Of a stretch of 64,000 bases of DNA, positions 60,431 to 64,000 are shown in pieces (within the stretch, counting starts at the first letter, position 1; every line of letters starts with the position of its first letter). The DNA is from Anaerolineales bacterium UBA2181 (GTDB taxonomy: Bacteria; Chloroflexota; Anaerolineae; Promineifilales; UBA4811). The stretch is from contig DCVT01000044.1 in NCBI GenBank assembly GCA_002328075.1, positions 260,969 through 324,968 of the forward strand. Direction: 5' to 3'. A program made the position numbers and the translations under genes. Under the pieces are notes generated by a model that worked only from the letters and a program-made list of their open reading frames with translations, searched no databases and had not been told where the DNA came from.

Positions 60431-61978
60431 ATGCAGGACCCCAAGATCGAGAGACTCCACCAGATGCGCAAACGTGCCGAATTGGGCGGCGGGCAGGACC
60501 GAATCGACCGGCAGCACGCGGCCGGCAAGCTGACGGCGCGGGAGCGAATCGAAAAGCTGCTCGATCCCGGCACCTTTCGTGAGATCGACATGTTTGTCGC
60601 CCACCGGACCGTGGCGTTCGGCATCGAAGAGAAGAAGCATCTGGGCGACAGTGTCGTGACCGGCTGGGGGCAGGTCAACGGTCGCCCGGTTTACGTCTTT
60701 AGCCAGGATTTCACCGTATTCGGGGGCAGTCTGGGCGAGGTCCACGCCGAAAAGGTCTGCAAGATTATGGACATGGCCATGAAGAACGGCGCTCCGGTGA
60801 TTGGTCTCAACGACTCGGGCGGCGCTCGGATTCAGGAGGGGGTGGTGTCGCTGGCAGCATACGCTTTTGTCTTCCAGCGCAACGTGATGGCTTCGGGCGT
60901 CATCCCACAGATCTCTGCGGTGATGGGGCCATGCGCCGGCGGTGCGGTTTACTCTCCCGCCATGACCGATTTCATCCTGATGGTCAAGGATACTAGCTTT
61001 ATGCACATCACCGGCCCCGATGTGATCAAGGCGGTAACCCGCGAGGAGGTCACATCCGAAGAGTTGGCGGGAGCAATGACCCACAACACGCGGAGTGGCG
61101 TAGCCCACTTTGCGGCCGAGGATGAGCAAGACGGATTGGAAATCCTTCGCGATCTTTTGAGCTACCTGCCACAGAACAACACCGAAGACCCTCCGTTCGT
61201 CCCGAACGACGACCCGGCCGACCGGATGGACGAGGTGCTCAATACGATTGTGCCGGATAACCCCAACAAACCCTATAACATCAAAGAGGTTATCGAGCGT
61301 GTGGTGGATGACGGGCGTTTTCTGGAGGTGCACCGGCACTATGCGCAGAACATCGTCGTTGGGTTTGCCCGATTGAGCGGGTTCAGTATCGGAATTGTGG
61401 CCCAGCAACCGCAGGTGCTTGCCGGCGTGTTGGATATCGACGCCTCGCGCAAGGGAGCACGCTTTGTGCGGTTCTGCGATGCGTTCAACATTCCGATTGT
61501 CACATTCGTGGATGTTCCAGGTTTTCTCCCGGGGGTGTCACAGGAACACGGCGGGATCATCATTCACGGCGCCAAGCTGTTGTACGCCTACTGCGAAGCT
61601 ACGGTACCCAAGGTCACCATCATTACCCGCAAGGCCTATGGCGGTGCCTATGACGTCATGTCCAGCAAACACATCCGCGGCGACATCAATTACGCCTGGC
61701 CGTCGGCCGAGATTGCGGTGATGGGTCCGGATGGCGCAGTAAACATCATCTTTCGCCATGAGTTGGCCGATGCCAACGACCCGGACGCTCGGCGGGCGGA
61801 CCTGGTGCAGGAGTACCGAGAAAAGTTCGCCAACCCGTACGTGGCAGCCGAGCGGGGCTATATTGACGACGTGATTGTTCCAGCCGAAACCCGGCCGCGA
61901 TTGATCGAGGCACTTCAGATGCTGCAGAACAAACGAGACGCCAATCCTCCCAAGAAGCACGGAAACATCCCGTTGTGA
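60431..61978 (+). CDS. acyl-CoA carboxyltransferase (propionyl-CoA carboxylase beta / methylmalonyl-CoA carboxyltransferase 12S type)
   Basis: 515 aa. [44 protein letters not shown] and AYGGAYDVM are typical of the carboxyltransferase family. Confidence 0.9.
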   Translation: MQDPKIERLHQMRKRAELGGGQDRIDRQHAAGKLTARERIEKLLDPGTFREIDMFVAHRTVAFGIEEKKHLGDSVVTGWGQVNGRPVYVFSQDFTVFGGSLGEVHAEKVCKIMDMAMKNGAPVIGLNDSGGARIQEGVVSLAAYAFVFQRNVMASGVIPQISAVMGPCAGGAVYSPAMTDFILMVKDTSFMHITGPDVIKAVTREEVTSEELAGAMTHNTRSGVAHFAAEDEQDGLEILRDLLSYLPQNNTEDPPFVPNDDPADRMDEVLNTIVPDNPNKPYNIKEVIERVVDDGRFLEVHRHYAQNIVVGFARLSGFSIGIVAQQPQVLAGVLDIDASRKGARFVRFCDAFNIPIVTFVDVPGFLPGVSQEHGGIIIHGAKLLYAYCEATVPKVTIITRKAYGGAYDVMSSKHIRGDINYAWPSAEIAVMGPDGAVNIIFRHELADANDPDARRADLVQEYREKFANPYVAAERGYIDDVIVPAETRPRLIEALQMLQNKRDANPPKKHGNIPL

Positions 61979-62037
61979 GAGCCCCGGTGGTCCGATTGAC
62001 ATAGGAAAAGACGGACGAAGACTAGGGAGAAGAGACC

Positions 62038-62358
62038 ATGGCCCAGAACGTAACTTCTTACAAGGATGTGCAGGCCAAGCTGACCCAACCGTGGGTACAC
62101 GTGGCACTGGGACAGGTTGACGACTATTGCGTTTACCTTTGCCGTTTCGAAGGGACCTACCGATTCCACCAACACAGCCGGGACGAGATGTACCTGGTGC
62201 TCGAGGGTGAGATCGTTATCGAGTTCCGGGGAGGCCCGATTCTGGTCTTGAGGCAAGGAGATAGCCTGGTGGTCAAGGCGGGCGAGTTGCACCGCTCGGC
62301 CGCGACAGAAAGCGCATTGGTACTGATGTTCAAGGCTCGGGACCTGTTCGCCGAATGA
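62038..62358 (+). CDS. small cupin-domain protein
   Basis: AGGGAGAAG SD. 106 aa. FHQHSRDEMYLVLEGEIVIEF...GELHRS matches the cupin metal-binding pattern. Confidence 0.7.
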   Translation: MAQNVTSYKDVQAKLTQPWVHVALGQVDDYCVYLCRFEGTYRFHQHSRDEMYLVLEGEIVIEFRGGPILVLRQGDSLVVKAGELHRSAATESALVLMFKARDLFAE

Positions 62359-62402
62359 ACCGTGGCTCGGGCGCCAGATAGTCTGCTTACACTGCATTTC
62401 GT

Positions 62403-63914
62403 ATGCTGGAGAACCCACCCATGACACTCAATCCCGTCCAACTCTGCGACACCATTCTGCGAGACGCACACCAGTCGCTGCTAGCCACCAGAATGCGCAC
62501 CGACGACATGCTACCCATTGCCAGCAAGCTGGACGAGGTCGGTTTCTGGTCAGTGGAGATGTGGGGCGGGGCGACCTTTGACTCTGCCATGCGGTTCCTG
62601 AATGAGAACCCATGGGACCGCGTCCGTAGTCTGAAAAGGCTTATGCCCAACACCCGCTTTCAGATGCTGCTGCGCGGTCAGAACGTGGTGGGGTACAAGC
62701 ATTACCCAGACGACGTTTTGCAGGCCTTTGTGAAACAATCCAAAGCCGTGGGCATTGATGTCTTTCGCGTTTTTGACGCCCTGAATGATGTGCGCAACAT
62801 GGAAGCGGCCATGCGCTTTGTCAACGAGGTGGGCGGGCACGCCCAAGGCAGCATCTGTTACACCATCAGTCCGGTCCACACCATTTCGCAGTATGTGATC
62901 TTGGCCCGCCAGTTGCGGGACCTGGGCGCCAATTCCATTGCCATCAAGGACATGGCCGGGATGATTGCCCCTTACGATACCTACGAGCTGGTGGGCGAGC
63001 TCAAGACAAAGGTCGGGTTGCCGGTTCAGTTCCACACGCATTACACCAGCGGGATGGCGATGGCCTCGGCGTTAAAAGCGGTGGAGGCCGGGGTGGACAT
63101 AGTGGACACTGCCATCTCGTCTCTGTCTGGATTGACCGCCCAACCGCCCACCGAATCGCTGGTGGCCATCTTACGCGGGACGCCCCGCGACACGGGGTTA
63201 AACCTGAATCTGCTGGCCGAGATATCGGGTTACTTTGGTGAAGTGCGAAAAAAGTATCAGACTTTCGAGAGTGGCTTGCAGGGCGTTGACGTGCGAGTTC
63301 TCCAGTTCCAGATTCCCGGCGGCATGCTCTCCAACCTCACCTCACAACTCCGACAGCAGGGCGCGGCGCACCGATACGAAGAGGTGTTGGCAGAGACGCC
63401 GCGCGTCAGGGAGGAGATGGGTTTTCCTCCACTGGTCACTCCGTCGAGCCAGATAGTGGGCACTCAGGCAACACTCAACGTGGTCACCGGCCAGCGCTAC
63501 AAGGTGGTTCCAGAAGAGGTCAAGAACTATGTGCGCGGGTACTACGGCCGGCCGCCGGCTCCCATCGACCCGGAGGTGAGAAAACTGGTCATTGGCGATG
63601 AGCAGCCGATTAGCTGCCGACCTGCCGACCTGTTGGAACCCGGAATGGATAAAGCCCGCCAGGATGTCGGCGAATTGGCCCGCGACGAACAAGACGTGAT
63701 CTCTTACGCGCTCTTTCCTCAGGTCGCGCGACCCTTCTTGGAGCGCCGTGCCGCCGGTGCAGACGAGCACGCGGCCGTGATTGCCGCGATTGCCGCGTCA
63801 TTGGCCGTGCAAGTCGACCAGCGACCCGCCGCCAGGCCATGCCAGAAGGCCGGTCAGGGGGTCAACAGCTGGAAACAGGCGTGGAGGCCGTCCCGGCAGT
63901 GGACCAACCTGTAA
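62403..63914 (+). CDS. oxaloacetate decarboxylase alpha / transcarboxylase 5S-type carboxyltransferase subunit (no biotinyl domain)
   Basis: LCDTILRDAHQSLLATRMR and the HMGL-like barrel motifs HTHYTSGMA. The C-terminus lacks an AMKM biotinylation motif. ATG 62421 (GGAGAA SD) is an alternative start. Confidence 0.9.
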   Translation: MLENPPMTLNPVQLCDTILRDAHQSLLATRMRTDDMLPIASKLDEVGFWSVEMWGGATFDSAMRFLNENPWDRVRSLKRLMPNTRFQMLLRGQNVVGYKHYPDDVLQAFVKQSKAVGIDVFRVFDALNDVRNMEAAMRFVNEVGGHAQGSICYTISPVHTISQYVILARQLRDLGANSIAIKDMAGMIAPYDTYELVGELKTKVGLPVQFHTHYTSGMAMASALKAVEAGVDIVDTAISSLSGLTAQPPTESLVAILRGTPRDTGLNLNLLAEISGYFGEVRKKYQTFESGLQGVDVRVLQFQIPGGMLSNLTSQLRQQGAAHRYEEVLAETPRVREEMGFPPLVTPSSQIVGTQATLNVVTGQRYKVVPEEVKNYVRGYYGRPPAPIDPEVRKLVIGDEQPISCRPADLLEPGMDKARQDVGELARDEQDVISYALFPQVARPFLERRAAGADEHAAVIAAIAASLAVQVDQRPAARPCQKAGQGVNSWKQAWRPSRQWTNL

Positions 63915-63955
63915 CCGCGCGAGCCGCCTGGACAATTACCGAGAGGTATTCCTGA

Positions 63956-64000
63956 TGGACCGACAATTCGACCTTACGGTGGATGGGAGATCCTACCAGA
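63956..64000 (+). CDS. 5' end of the next gene, probably a biotin carboxyl carrier (1.3S-type); truncated by the window
   Basis: GAGAGG SD then ATG. MDRQFDLTVDGRSYQ resembles the start of biotinyl-domain proteins, and the position after the 5S subunit fits. Only 15 codons are visible. Confidence 0.45.

Noticed and set aside
1-64000. Scanned the whole window for CRISPR arrays, tRNA/rRNA genes, transposases, integrases, reverse transcriptases and obvious phage genes.
   Set aside because: I saw no regularly spaced repeats, no T-loop/acceptor-stem patterns in the intergenic regions, and no ORF with recombinase, transposase or RT motifs. This was a by-eye scan only; tRNAscan-SE, Infernal and ISfinder searches would be decisive.

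Overview
This is a high-GC, gene-dense bacterial chromosomal segment with about 58 protein-coding genes. I recognised no rRNA, tRNA, CRISPR array, transposase or integrase. The organism looks Chloroflexota-like, but that is inference only. The supporting traits are a long-form RmlA, a multi-GAF SpoIIE phosphatase with STAS/RsbW partners, Pro/Thr-linker envelope proteins, RqcH, and many GTG starts and 4-nt gene overlaps. Most of the window is housekeeping:
- MoxR-type DUF58/BatA genes (0.1-3 kb)
- mutY and a Nudix hydrolase (15.7-17.6 kb)
- dTDP-sugar genes rfbB/rmlA and rdgB (25.8-28.7 kb)
- rqcH, an aminotransferase, tsaD, an M24 peptidase and selA (38.7-45.6 kb)
- an ABC-F ATPase, coaE, rsgA, a PBP2-type transpeptidase, maf and glnA (46-56 kb)
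- an AraC/MGMT repair protein, a PLP decarboxylase and a ZIP transporter (56.8-60.2 kb)
- a 12S/5S/1.3S transcarboxylase cluster (60.4-64 kb)

I found no clearly novel system. These are the less ordinary patches:
1. A 6-11 kb accessory-looking stretch holds a beta-helix lipoprotein and a translationally coupled radical-SAM pair. The HemN-like member of that pair lacks its Fe-S cysteine motif. The pair is flanked by two gene relics and a chloramphenicol-phosphotransferase-like kinase.
2. A DEDDh exonuclease is fused to a WYL domain.
3. Two divergent polytopic SPFH/band-7 paralogs sit in tandem.
4. A partner-switching operon with no sigma factor lies back-to-back with an orphan three-gene Hyf/Mrp/NuoLMN-like membrane module whose conserved charged residues are substituted.
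5. TATAAT-like boxes recur 6-9 nt upstream of start codons that lack a Shine-Dalgarno sequence, which suggests leaderless mRNAs.

All functional calls come from reading the translated ORFs by eye. No searches were run.
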